From Spirochaetia bacterium (GTDB lineage Bacteria; Spirochaetota; Spirochaetia; SZUA-6; Fen-1364), in assembly GCA_049515615.1 (NCBI GenBank), contig JBEKTX010000002.1:1-42181 (forward strand): a stretch of DNA of 42,181 nucleotides, in the 5' to 3' direction. How positions within the stretch are numbered: position 1 is the first letter of the stretch; each line of letters starts with the position of its first letter. The notes below the pieces were generated by a model. It searched no databases. It had not been told where the DNA came from and was given only the letters and a program-made list of their open reading frames with translations. Of this stretch, positions 1-8,555 are shown piece by piece. A program made the position numbers and the translations under genes.

Positions 1-87
1 CCTGCGGAATTTAGGTCCCCGCAGGCCCCATCTACGCCCTACGGCCTCCTTGGGCCCGCAGCAGCATGCTGTGCCCGCGGGGGGGGC

Positions 88-116
88 TTGACGCGGATGC
101 GCCCGATGGATATCTT
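88..116 (+). promoter_or_regulatory. candidate sigma70-type promoter for the trp leader/operon
   Basis: TTGACG (88-93), 17-nt spacer, TATCTT (111-116). The leader ATG at 123 lies only 6 nt past the -10 element. This implies a leaderless or near-leaderless transcript and fits the lack of a Shine-Dalgarno before 123. Confidence 0.4.
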
Positions 117-122
117 CCCTCC

Positions 123-185
123 ATGCTGAACGCAGCGCAAAAAACAGAGAGAAGCTCGTTCGCGTGGTGGTGGCCCTGGACATAG
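123..185 (+). CDS. trpL: trp operon leader peptide, 20 aa (MLNAAQKTERSSFAWWWPWT)
   Basis: Hand translation from ATG 123: atg ctg aac gca gcg caa aaa aca gag aga agc tcg ttc gcg TGG TGG TGG ccc TGG aca tag. There are four Trp codons in the last six sense codons. The ORF sits upstream of two terminators and trpE and is not in the supplied ORF track. Confidence 0.6.
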   Translation: MLNAAQKTERSSFAWWWPWT

Positions 186-217
186 CCAGGACCATGCCCG
201 GGTAGGAAAAACGGGGT

Positions 218-257
218 GCGGGTTCTGGCGGCACACGCCAGGCCCGCGCTTTTTTTT
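218..257 (+). terminator. attenuator terminator (segments 3:4) of the trp leader
   Basis: GCGGG(218-222)/CCCGC(243-247) and CTGGCG(225-230)/CGCCAG(236-241) form the stem, with a 5-nt loop, followed by GC and T8 (250-257). The 5' arm GGTTCTGGC (221-229) can alternatively pair with GCCAGGACC (185-193). Confidence 0.6.
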
Positions 258-263
258 GGAAAA

Positions 264-300
264 GCCGTGGTGCCTGTTGAACAGGTTCCACGGCTTTTTT
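264..300 (+). terminator. second rho-independent terminator directly upstream of trpE
   Basis: GCCGTGG(264-270)/CCACGGC(288-294) outer stem and CCTG(273-276)/CAGG(282-285) inner stem, followed by T6 (295-300) and preceded by AAAA (260-263). Confidence 0.6.
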
Positions 301-326
301 CATTGTCTCAGGCGGAGGAGGACAAT

Positions 327-1748
327 ATGGCAACGGCGACCGCGGCACAGCCGACGCTGATCGTGCGGAAAATAAACGGGGAGAGGTTCACGCCGCTTTC
401 CCTGGCAAAGAAGCTGGGGGCCGTTGCGCTCCTGGAGAGCGCCTCGTTCCAGCGGGGAAGAGAGCGCTACTCCTTCCTGCTTCTTCGCGAGGCGTTCCGC
501 GTGCTCCAGAAGGGTGACGAGCTGATCATGATAAGGGACGGCGCCGCTCTCGCGCTCCGCACGAAGACGGGGGACATTCTCGACGTGCTCTCCCACTTCA
601 GCCGCCAGCACGACGGCCGGGCGGAGCCTTTCCCTCTTCCCACCGGGGGAATCGGGATCCTCTCCTACGAGTATTGCCGCCGCTTCGACACGATCCGGCT
701 CAGGGACCGTCCTGATCCCCTGGGCCTGCCCGATGCGCTGTTCCTCTTCGGCAGCGTGTTCCTCGTCTTTGATCACTACACCGATACGATCTCCCTGGTC
801 GGGCTGAATTACCGGGAGAAGGAGATCGACCTCGAGCGCGCGCTCGACGAAACCGAGCGGAGGATCAACGACATGGATTTCAACTTCATGGCGCCCGCGC
901 GCACGGACTGGAAGGTCCAGCCTCTTCCGCGGGACGACGACCGGGAGACCTTTCTGCGGGGCGTGAATGCGGTGAAAGAACAGATCATCCAGGGTAACCT
1001 TCTCCAGGGTGTGCTTTCCCGCCGCATGCAGGTGCGCACGGACATGCCGGCGATCGAAGCCTACCGCGCGCTTCGCACCGGCAACCCGTCCCCCTACATG
1101 TTCTACATCGATTTCGGTGAGTTCCAGCTCTTTGGCGCTTCCCCGGAGGTCCACGTGAAGGTGCGTGAGGGCACGGCCGCAATCCGACCGCTGGCGGGAA
1201 CGCGGCCCCGCGGCGCTGACGCGGCGGAGGACGCGCGGCTCGAGCAAGAGCTCCTTGCGGATCCGAAGGAGCGCGCGGAGCACCTCATGCTCGTGGATCT
1301 CGCCCGCAACGACCTGGGCCGGGTCTGTGCGCCGGGAACGGTCGAAGTCACCCAGCTCATGGAGGTGGAGCGCTATTCGCACGTCATGCACATCGTCTCC
1401 CACGTCGAAGGAAGGCTCGCGCCGGGGCGCACGGGGCTCGACGCGCTGCGCGCCACGTTTCCCGCGGGCACCGTGTCGGGTGCGCCGAAGATCCGCGCGA
1501 TTGAGGTCATCGACGCCCTGGAACCAGTGAGACGCGGGTTCTACGCGGGGGTGGTGGCGCACGTGGAGTCGGACGGCTCGCTGGACTCCTGCATCAGCAT
1601 CCGCTGTGCGCTGAAACAGGGTGACGTGGTCACCCTCCAGGCCGGAGCGGGAATCGTGTATGACTCCACAGCGGAAAAAGAGTTCGAAGAAACCGAGGCG
1701 AAGCTCGGGGCGCTCGCCCGGGCCCTCGGGATGGAGGCGGCGAAATGA
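327..1748 (+). CDS. trpE: anthranilate synthase component I
   Basis: The translation has the chorismate-binding TrpE-type C-terminal region (LMLVDLARNDLGRV, GAPKIRAIEVIDALE, RGFYAGVV). GGAGGAGG RBS at 314-321 precedes ATG 327. The track start at 216 would run through the terminators and is rejected. It is the first gene of the trp operon. Confidence 0.93.
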   Translation: MATATAAQPTLIVRKINGERFTPLSLAKKLGAVALLESASFQRGRERYSFLLLREAFRVLQKGDELIMIRDGAALALRTKTGDILDVLSHFSRQHDGRAEPFPLPTGGIGILSYEYCRRFDTIRLRDRPDPLGLPDALFLFGSVFLVFDHYTDTISLVGLNYREKEIDLERALDETERRINDMDFNFMAPARTDWKVQPLPRDDDRETFLRGVNAVKEQIIQGNLLQGVLSRRMQVRTDMPAIEAYRALRTGNPSPYMFYIDFGEFQLFGASPEVHVKVREGTAAIRPLAGTRPRGADAAEDARLEQELLADPKERAEHLMLVDLARNDLGRVCAPGTVEVTQLMEVERYSHVMHIVSHVEGRLAPGRTGLDALRATFPAGTVSGAPKIRAIEVIDALEPVRRGFYAGVVAHVESDGSLDSCISIRCALKQGDVVTLQAGAGIVYDSTAEKEFEETEAKLGALARALGMEAAK

Positions 1749-3352
1749 TCGTGATCATCGACAACTACGATTCCTTTACCCACAACCTGTACCAGTACCT
1801 GCGGGAGATGACCGAAACGCCCGTCGAGGTCTTCCGCAACGACCGCCTCACCGTGGACGGGCTGGCCGCAATGAAGCCATCGGCAATCGTCATTTCCCCG
1901 GGGCCGGGACGGCCCGAGGAGGCCGGCATCAGCGTCGAGTGCATCCAGAGGCTCGCGGGCTCCGTGCCCATCCTCGGCGTATGCCTCGGCCACCAGGCCA
2001 TCGCGGCCGCTTTCGGCGGGCGGATCGTGTCCGCGCGACGGATCGTCCACGGCAAGGCGGAAGACATCAGCCTGGACGGCCGCGGGCTGTTCCGCGGTCT
2101 TCCCCGGACGGCACGGTTCACGCGCTACCATTCCCTGGCAGTCGAGCGCGAATCCCTTCCCCCGGAGCTCGAAGTCACCGCGGTTGCCGCGGACGGTGAG
2201 GTCATGGGCGTCCGGCATCGGCAGCTCCTCGTCGAGGGCATCCAGTTCCATCCGGAATCGATCGCATCGGAGCATGGGAAGCGATGCCTGCAGAACTTCC
2301 TGAGCTACCGACGAGAGCCATTCCCGCTTTCATCGATCCTTGCGGGACTGCAGAATGACCGCGCGATGAGCCGGGATCAGGCCGAGCATTTCATGGACGA
2401 GCTCACCGACGGCAGGCTCACCGACGCGCAGATCGCCGGAGTGCTGGCCTCCCTGACCGGCCGGCTCATCACGCCCCACGCGCTCGCCGGTTTTGCCACC
2501 GTGCTGCGGCGGAAAAAGCGCCCCTTCGCAAGCGATCGGCGGGTTCTGGACACGTGCGGCACCGGCGGGGACGGGCTGGGTACGTTCAACATCTCCTCCC
2601 TTGCGTCGGTGGTCGCCGCCTCATGCGGCGCGCTCGTGGCGAAGCACGGCAACCGCGGGGCCAGCTCCCCCGTGGGCAGCGCGGATTTTTTCCGCGAGCT
2701 CGGTGTCGCGGTGGATGCGCCCCCGCGCGCGGCGGAGGACATGCTGCGGGAAGAGGGATTCTGCTTCCTGTTCGCCCCGGTCTATCACGGCGCCATGCGC
2801 CATGCGGCGCGCGCGCGCGCCGAGCTGGGGATCAGGAGCGCCATGAACCTCGTCGGCCCTCTGTCCAACCCCGCGGATGCCTCCTACCAGGTCATCGGTG
2901 TCTTCGACGAGCAGTTCTGCGGCCCCGTGGCTGAGGCGGCGCACCTCCTCGGCGTGCGCCGTGTGATGGTGGTGCATGGGGAAGACGGCCTGGACGAGAT
3001 CTCCGTCTGCGCGCGCACGACGGTCGTGGAGGTCGACGAGACGGGACGGCGGAGCGACTACACTCTGACTCCGGAAGAGTTCGGCATACGCCGCTCCTCC
3101 GTCGAGGAGCTGCGGGGAGGAACGGCCGCGCAGAACGCGCTCACAGCACTGGAGGTGCTCGGCGGCGGGGGACCGCCCGCGGTCCGCGAGGCGGTTCTTC
3201 TGAATGCAGGGGCGGCCCTCTACATCTGCGGCATTGCCCGCAACGTGGGTGAAGGGTACCTGCGCGCCCGGGAAGCGGTGCAGAGCGGCGCCGCGCTCGC
3301 CAAGCTGGAGCGGATACGGGCGCGCTCTCGGGCAGCGGCGGAGGCCGCGTGA
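1745..3352 (+). CDS. trpGD: fused anthranilate synthase component II (glutamine amidotransferase) / anthranilate phosphoribosyltransferase
   Basis: The N-terminus has the GATase class I signature (MIVIIDNYDSFTHNLYQYL, GVCLGHQ, QFHPES). The C-terminal half is TrpD-like (DTCGTGGDGLGTFNISS, KHGNRG). The ATGA start overlaps the trpE stop. Confidence 0.93.
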   Translation: MIVIIDNYDSFTHNLYQYLREMTETPVEVFRNDRLTVDGLAAMKPSAIVISPGPGRPEEAGISVECIQRLAGSVPILGVCLGHQAIAAAFGGRIVSARRIVHGKAEDISLDGRGLFRGLPRTARFTRYHSLAVERESLPPELEVTAVAADGEVMGVRHRQLLVEGIQFHPESIASEHGKRCLQNFLSYRREPFPLSSILAGLQNDRAMSRDQAEHFMDELTDGRLTDAQIAGVLASLTGRLITPHALAGFATVLRRKKRPFASDRRVLDTCGTGGDGLGTFNISSLASVVAASCGALVAKHGNRGASSPVGSADFFRELGVAVDAPPRAAEDMLREEGFCFLFAPVYHGAMRHAARARAELGIRSAMNLVGPLSNPADASYQVIGVFDEQFCGPVAEAAHLLGVRRVMVVHGEDGLDEISVCARTTVVEVDETGRRSDYTLTPEEFGIRRSSVEELRGGTAAQNALTALEVLGGGGPPAVREAVLLNAGAALYICGIARNVGEGYLRAREAVQSGAALAKLERIRARSRAAAEAA

Positions 3353-4794
3353 GCGCAGCCGGCGGGATCCTCCACGAGATCGCCGCCCTTCGCCGGGACC
3401 GCATCGGCAGGCAGGGACATGCGATGGGCGCCGCCATCCCCGCCTCCCGCACCGCGCCCCTGGTGCCCTTCGGCGCCGACCCTTTCATCATCTGCGAGGT
3501 GAAGCGCCGCTCGCCCTCCCGCGGCGGGATCGCGCCGGGAAGCGACGCGGTGGAACAGGCCAGGAGATACGCGGACCAGGGGACGCGCAGCGTGTCGGTG
3601 CTCACCGAGCAGGACCGGTTCGACGGTTCCCTGGCGGATCTGGTGAAGATCAAGCACGCGCTGCCGGGGCTTTCCGTGCTGAGAAAGGACTTCCTGCTCG
3701 ACGTCGAAGACGTCGAGATTTCGTGGCGGGCAGGGGCTGACGCGGTCCTCCTGATCGCATCCCTCCTGGACCGGGACTCACTCGCGGCCATGCACGAGAA
3801 GGCTCTCCGTCTCGGCATGAGCGCTCTGGTGGAGCTGCACGATGCCTCGGATGTGGAGAAGTGCCGCGCCCTGGAGCCCCCGCTCATCGGGATCAACAGC
3901 CGCGACCTCACGACGTTCGCGGTCGACCTGCTCGACCCGGTCGCTCTCCTTCCCCGTGTCACCTGGAAACCGCGCGCCGTGTTCGAATCCGGAATACGCG
4001 CGGCGGAGGACGTCCTTCTGGCGCGTTCCGCCGGCTTTGACGGAGTGCTCGTCGGTGAAACGGCAATGCGCGCGCCCCAGGAGATTCCCGTGCTTGCGCG
4101 CGCGCTTCGATCCCGGCCGGGAGGGTTCTGGCCCCGGCTCTGGGCGCGGCGGGTGCCGGGCCGGCCGCTGGTCAAAGTCTGCGGCATCACCAGGGCCTCC
4201 GATGCGGAAGCCGCACGGGGGCTGGGCGCCGATGCGCTGGGATTCGTGTTTGCGCCGTCGAAGCGCCGGGCCGGGCCGTCACTCCTGCTTGACCTTGAAG
4301 GAATGGACATTCCCAAGGTTGCCGTCGTGGTCACAGCGAAGGATGGCGGCAGACGCGAGCTCGACACCGAAGTCAAGGATCTCCTGGCCCGGGGTCTCGT
4401 CGATGCAGTCCAATTCCACGGCGACGAGCCGCCCGAGGAGTGCGCGGGAATGGCATTCCCGTACTTCAAGGCCCTTCAGATTCGGGGACCCGGGGACATC
4501 AATGCAATTCGAGGATACCGAAGCCCCCGGGTACTGGCGGACGCCTGGTCCGCCGCCGCGGCGGGGGGAACAGGCAGCCGTCTACCGGTGGAGCTTGCAC
4601 GGGAAGCAGGACGGACCGGACCGTTGTGGCTGGCCGGCGGCATCAGGCCGGAGAATGTCGGGGAAATCCTCGACCTGCTCGCCCCCGAGCTGATCGACGC
4701 ATCCAGCGGGCTGGAGGAGTCACCCGGCCGGAAAGACCTGCTCCGTTTGAAAGTTTTTTTCGAGGAGATCCGAAGACATGAAAAGGTACAATGA
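3349..4794 (+). CDS. trpCF: fused indole-3-glycerol-phosphate synthase / phosphoribosylanthranilate isomerase
   Basis: The N-terminal half is IGPS-like (FIICEVKRRSPSRG, LRKDFL, GINSRDL). The C-terminal half is PRAI-like (VKVCGITRASDAEAA, LGFVFAPSKR). The GTG start overlaps the trpGD stop (GTGA). Confidence 0.92.
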   Translation: MSAAGGILHEIAALRRDRIGRQGHAMGAAIPASRTAPLVPFGADPFIICEVKRRSPSRGGIAPGSDAVEQARRYADQGTRSVSVLTEQDRFDGSLADLVKIKHALPGLSVLRKDFLLDVEDVEISWRAGADAVLLIASLLDRDSLAAMHEKALRLGMSALVELHDASDVEKCRALEPPLIGINSRDLTTFAVDLLDPVALLPRVTWKPRAVFESGIRAAEDVLLARSAGFDGVLVGETAMRAPQEIPVLARALRSRPGGFWPRLWARRVPGRPLVKVCGITRASDAEAARGLGADALGFVFAPSKRRAGPSLLLDLEGMDIPKVAVVVTAKDGGRRELDTEVKDLLARGLVDAVQFHGDEPPEECAGMAFPYFKALQIRGPGDINAIRGYRSPRVLADAWSAAAAGGTGSRLPVELAREAGRTGPLWLAGGIRPENVGEILDLLAPELIDASSGLEESPGRKDLLRLKVFFEEIRRHEKVQ

Positions 4795-5995
4795 CTTTTT
4801 CGGAAGCTACGGCGGCAGGTTCGTCGCGGAGATGCTTCGCGCCCCGCTGGACGACCTGCAGGACGCGTTCATGGCTGCGGCGGCAGACCCGGAGTTCACC
4901 GCGGTGCTGGAGGCGACCCTCCGCGATTTTGCCGGCCGTCCCACACCTCTGCTGAAAGCGGAGAACGCCACTCGGGAGCTCGGGGGCGCATCGATCTACA
5001 TCAAGCTCGAGGGCCTGGCGCACACGGGCGCGCACAAGATCAATAACGCCGTGGGCCAGGCAATGCTTGCCCGGAGGATGGGGAAAACCAGGATCATCGC
5101 GGAGACGGGAGCAGGCCAGCACGGCGTGGCCACCGCGGCCGTCTGCGCGAGGCTGGGGATCCCGTGCCGGGTGTACATGGGGGAAGTGGACATGCGCCGG
5201 CAGCGGCCGAACGTGTTCTGGATGGAGCGGTATGGCGCGGAGGTCGTGCCCGTCACCACCGGTTCGGCGACGTTGAAGGACGCGGTGAACGAGGCGCTGC
5301 GCGACTGGGCGGCGAGCTTCCCGACGACGCACTACCTCCTGGGATCGGCGCTGGGTCCATCGCCCTACCCCGACATGGTGCGGGAGTTCCAGTCGGTAAT
5401 CGGGCGCGAGCTCGTCGTGCAGATGCAGGAGAAGGGTGTGGACTGCGCGGCGCTGGTTGCCTGCGTCGGTGGAGGTTCCAACGCGATCGGTTTCTTCTCC
5501 CCATACCTCGAGTCCGACTCACCGGCCCTGATCGGCGTGGAAGCGGGTGGGCGGGGCAGCGGACCGGGCCAGCACGCGGCGCGGATGAACGGCAGGGGCC
5601 GCGCCGGGATCGTCCAGGGATACAAGTCCCTCTTTCTTTCGAATCCCGACGGTCAGCTCCTCTCCACCCATTCGATATCGGCCGGCCTCGATTACCCCGG
5701 CATCGGGCCCCAGCTCGCGCACCTCGGAGACCAGGGCCGGATCCGATTCATGACCGCTTCGGATGCAGAGGCACTCGATGCGGTGCAGTTCTTCGCCCGG
5801 ACCGAGGGGATGGTCTTTGCGCTGGAGTCGGCCCACGCGGCCGCGGCGGTCATGCGCATCGCGCGGGAGTACCCGCCGGAGAAGGCCCTCGTCGTGAACA
5901 TGTCGGGTCGGGGTGACAAGGACCTGTTCATCATGGCTCGCGCGATGGACCCGGACCGCTGGATGGCATTCCTCCGAGAGGAGGCTGCACGATGA
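4778..5995 (+). CDS. trpB: tryptophan synthase beta chain
   Basis: PLP-lysine motif HTGAHKINN, plus GAGQHGVATA and GGGSNAIG. Overlaps the trpCF 3' end by 17 nt. Confidence 0.97.
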   Translation: MKRYNDFFGSYGGRFVAEMLRAPLDDLQDAFMAAAADPEFTAVLEATLRDFAGRPTPLLKAENATRELGGASIYIKLEGLAHTGAHKINNAVGQAMLARRMGKTRIIAETGAGQHGVATAAVCARLGIPCRVYMGEVDMRRQRPNVFWMERYGAEVVPVTTGSATLKDAVNEALRDWAASFPTTHYLLGSALGPSPYPDMVREFQSVIGRELVVQMQEKGVDCAALVACVGGGSNAIGFFSPYLESDSPALIGVEAGGRGSGPGQHAARMNGRGRAGIVQGYKSLFLSNPDGQLLSTHSISAGLDYPGIGPQLAHLGDQGRIRFMTASDAEALDAVQFFARTEGMVFALESAHAAAAVMRIAREYPPEKALVVNMSGRGDKDLFIMARAMDPDRWMAFLREEAAR

Positions 5996-6786
5996 GCGCC
6001 GCCCGCATCATGGCACACATGGTCGCCTGGTATCCGGACAGGGCCACGTCCCTTGAAGTGGCCCGGGGGCTCGCGGAGGGGGGATGCGCGTACATCGAGC
6101 TTCAATTCCCCTTCTCGGATCCGACCGCCGATGGACCGGACATCCAGCGCGCGTGCGGCGCCGCACTGGAAGGGGGATTCACCGTCGACGCCGGCTTCGA
6201 GTCTGCCGCGGCAATCACCCGTTCGACGAATGTCCCCCTGTTCATCATGAGCTACGCGAATCTCGTGTTCACCCGCGGCATGGAGAGCTTCCTCGCGGAC
6301 GCCAGGGACTGCGGGGCGCGCGGGGTGATCGTGCCTGACCTGCCTCCCGACTACGACGAGGGTCTTTTCGAGGGCGCCGACAGGATCGGACTTGCCGCTG
6401 TGCCGGTCCTCTCACCCTCGATGAGAGAAGGCAGGCTTTCCCGCGTGGGCGAGTTGGGCGCCGAGTTCCTCTACGTGACGCTGCGCACGGGAACGACGGG
6501 TTCCTTCACGGAGATCGATTCCGCGGGGCTTGAGTTCCTCTCACGGGTGGCGAAACTGGATCACGGGAGCAAAGCGAAAATCCTCGGGGGCTTCGGTGTC
6601 TCCACGCGCGAGCAGGTGAGAGCGTTCTCACCCCATGTGCACGCCGTGGTGGTGGGAAGCGCGCTGGTGCGCCTCGTTGCCGCAGGCGGAGACGTTGGCT
6701 CCGCGGTCAGGCGAAAAGTGGCGGATCTCTGCGCAGGACACGGGGAAAGCACACGTGAGCCTTCCTCGCCCAAGCACGATGAATGA
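5992..6786 (+). CDS. trpA: tryptophan synthase alpha chain
   Basis: TrpA-like motifs (YIELQFPFSDPTADGPDIQ, VIVPDLP). ATGA overlap with the trpB stop. Last gene of the operon. Confidence 0.93.
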   Translation: MSAARIMAHMVAWYPDRATSLEVARGLAEGGCAYIELQFPFSDPTADGPDIQRACGAALEGGFTVDAGFESAAAITRSTNVPLFIMSYANLVFTRGMESFLADARDCGARGVIVPDLPPDYDEGLFEGADRIGLAAVPVLSPSMREGRLSRVGELGAEFLYVTLRTGTTGSFTEIDSAGLEFLSRVAKLDHGSKAKILGGFGVSTREQVRAFSPHVHAVVVGSALVRLVAAGGDVGSAVRRKVADLCAGHGESTREPSSPKHDE

Positions 6787-6833
6787 CCGGCTCGTTCTTG
6801 AGATGAGGGTGTTCCATCTCGAAGGAGGGACCG

Positions 6834-7571
6834 GTGCGGTGGATAACGCGGGCCCTGAGCGGTCCCGACCCGGGAAACCTGCCCATCCCGGAATGGATCG
6901 AAGAGGAGCGGCCGCGGGAAGCACTCATTGCTTTCGGTACAGAGAGTCTCTCGCTTTCGAAGCTTTTCGCCATCATTCTCCGAACCGGACGGAGGGGGGT
7001 GAACGCGGAAGAACTTTCGAGGAGAATGCTCAACGCGTTCTCCGGTCTCAGGGGAATAGATGCGGCATCGCTTTCCGAAATATGCGCGATCAAGGGGATC
7101 GGGAGGGCGAAGGCGGCCCAGGTCAAGGCCGCTCTGGAAATCGGCAAGAGGTTCTATCGCGAACACGCGAAGAACCTGAAAAGGATCGAGAGTCCCCGTC
7201 GCGCATTCGACTTCGTGGCGTCGTACTACGGACCCTCCCTCAGGGACTGCCAGGTCGAGTGTGCGTGTCTCATCCTTCTGGACCGCAGGCGCGCCCTTCT
7301 CCGCGCGGTGGAGCTCCAGAGGGGCGGAGATCGCGCGGTCGAGGCAAACCTCACGCAGATACTGCGGGAAGCGGTTCGGGCGTCCGCCTCTTCGATCATC
7401 CTCGTTCATAACCACCCCTCGGGTGACGGTGCACCGTCAACGGATGACTTGTCGCTCACCCGCTCGGTCAGGGACGCCTGTGGGCTCTTCGGCATCCGTC
7501 TCCTGGATCACGTCATCATAGGGAAAAACCGGGGGGACTCGTATAGCTTCGCACGGCACGGATTGCTCTAG
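6834..7571 (+). CDS. radC: RadC-family JAB-domain protein (UPF0758)
   Basis: The N-terminus shows the ERPRE...ELFAIILRTG pattern. The C-terminus has the JAMM-like HNHPSGD motif. A strong GAAGGAGGGA RBS (6821-6830) lies 3 nt before GTG 6834. Confidence 0.85.
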   Translation: MRWITRALSGPDPGNLPIPEWIEEERPREALIAFGTESLSLSKLFAIILRTGRRGVNAEELSRRMLNAFSGLRGIDAASLSEICAIKGIGRAKAAQVKAALEIGKRFYREHAKNLKRIESPRRAFDFVASYYGPSLRDCQVECACLILLDRRRALLRAVELQRGGDRAVEANLTQILREAVRASASSIILVHNHPSGDGAPSTDDLSLTRSVRDACGLFGIRLLDHVIIGKNRGDSYSFARHGLL

Positions 7572-7670
7572 GACCGCTCCAAAAAATACAATGTGCGCAG
7601 CCTTTGGATTCTGCGTGCGAGCATGTGATGGCGAAATACATGGGCTGTGAATTGACCCGTACCCTCCTGT

Positions 7671-8060
7671 TCACGCGGGGCCCGGAGGTTTCCGCCCGTG
7701 CCTCTCCCGAAGAGCGAGTGCAAGGGAACTGAGCAGCTCGTCGGCAGAAAAGGGTTTGGGCAGATACGCGTCCGCGCCCGCATGCTCCACCCTTCCATCC
7801 CGGAAGTGCCCCGTCATGAGGATGACGGCCGTGTCAGGTGAACGTGTCCGCACGTACCTCATGAGCTCGATGCCGTTCATGCCCGGCATCTGAAAGTCGG
7901 TGCAGATCAGGTCGAAGTGCGCTGCCTCAACGCGCCCGATCGCCTCTTGCCCGCTGAACGCCGATTCTGCCTCGTATCCCAGCCTTTCGAGAAGCCTGAC
8001 GATGATGCCGTGCAGCATCCCATCGTCATCGACGACAAGTATGCGCTCTTTCAATTTCAA
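7671..8060 (-). CDS. stand-alone CheY-like response-regulator receiver domain protein
   Basis: ERILVVDDD ... DLICTDFQMPGMNG ... PKPF receiver signature with no output domain. The start is uncertain: there is no in-frame ATG, and TTG candidates lie at 8084, 8060 and 8054. Confidence 0.8.
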   Translation of the reverse strand: MKLKERILVVDDDGMLHGIIVRLLERLGYEAESAFSGQEAIGRVEAAHFDLICTDFQMPGMNGIELMRYVRTRSPDTAVILMTGHFRDGRVEHAGADAYLPKPFSADELLSSLALALRERHGRKPPGPA

Positions 8061-8162
8061 TAACCTTGCAACCCATGGTAGCAAAGAAGAATCTCTCTTG
8101 CAACTGATAGTTGGTAGCGCCGTCTCCAGCGGATGGGGTAGCGTGTACGGGCAGGTCGATCA

Positions 8163-8543
8163 GTGGAACCAAGAGGAATCGGCAGGAGAATCAAATCATG
8201 CAGGCTCCAGCGCGGCATCACCCAGATGGAACTGGCCGACCGCATCGGCGTCTCCTACCAGCAGGTCCAGAAGTACGAGAAGGATCGAAGCCGTATCACC
8301 CTCGAGCGTCTCTATCTCATCGCAAAGGCCCTTGACGCCCCCCTGAAGACTTTCCTTCCTGAGCCCGAGAACCGCCCGCTCTCGGACAAGGGACCAGACT
8401 ATGGATCCGCGGGGTCAATTTCCCGGGGATCGACACGTGAAGAGCGGCAGCTGCTCCGCCTTTTCGCAAGGATCGAAAGCAATCAGCTCAGGCGATCCGT
8501 GGTCCGTCTCGTTGAGAACATCGTCGAACAGCAGCAGGGCTGA
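8163..8543 (+). CDS. XRE-family helix-turn-helix transcriptional regulator
   Basis: IGRRIKSCRLQRGITQMELADRIGVSYQQVQKYEKDRSRITLERLYLIAKAL is a typical HTH_3 pattern. GTG start. Divergent from the receiver gene. Confidence 0.8.
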   Translation: MEPRGIGRRIKSCRLQRGITQMELADRIGVSYQQVQKYEKDRSRITLERLYLIAKALDAPLKTFLPEPENRPLSDKGPDYGSAGSISRGSTREERQLLRLFARIESNQLRRSVVRLVENIVEQQQG

Positions 8544-8555
8544 CGATCCCGCGGG

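Noticed and set aside
1-25. The CCTGCGG...CCGCAGG hairpin at the window edge as a terminator of an upstream gene.
   Set aside because: There is no T-tract and the context is cut off by the window boundary, so it cannot be evaluated.
39-236. 65-aa minus-strand ORF at the left edge.
   Set aside because: It lies antisense to the promoter, leader-peptide and attenuator region. It has a Pro/Arg-rich composition and no RBS.
300-1562. 420-aa minus-strand ORF antisense to trpE. Similar long antisense or alternate-frame ORFs occur elsewhere, e.g. 3141-4469(-), 14449-15864(-), 18190-19254(-), 19420-20841(-), 21769-23166(+), 23042-24034(-), 33412-34722(-), 33774-34994(+), 35001-36989(+) and 39717-40601(-).
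   Set aside because: Each lies opposite or out of frame to a gene with clear family motifs. Their translations are Arg/Gly/Pro/Ala-rich low-complexity strings with no recognisable domains. Long stop-free frames like these are expected by chance at about 70% G+C.
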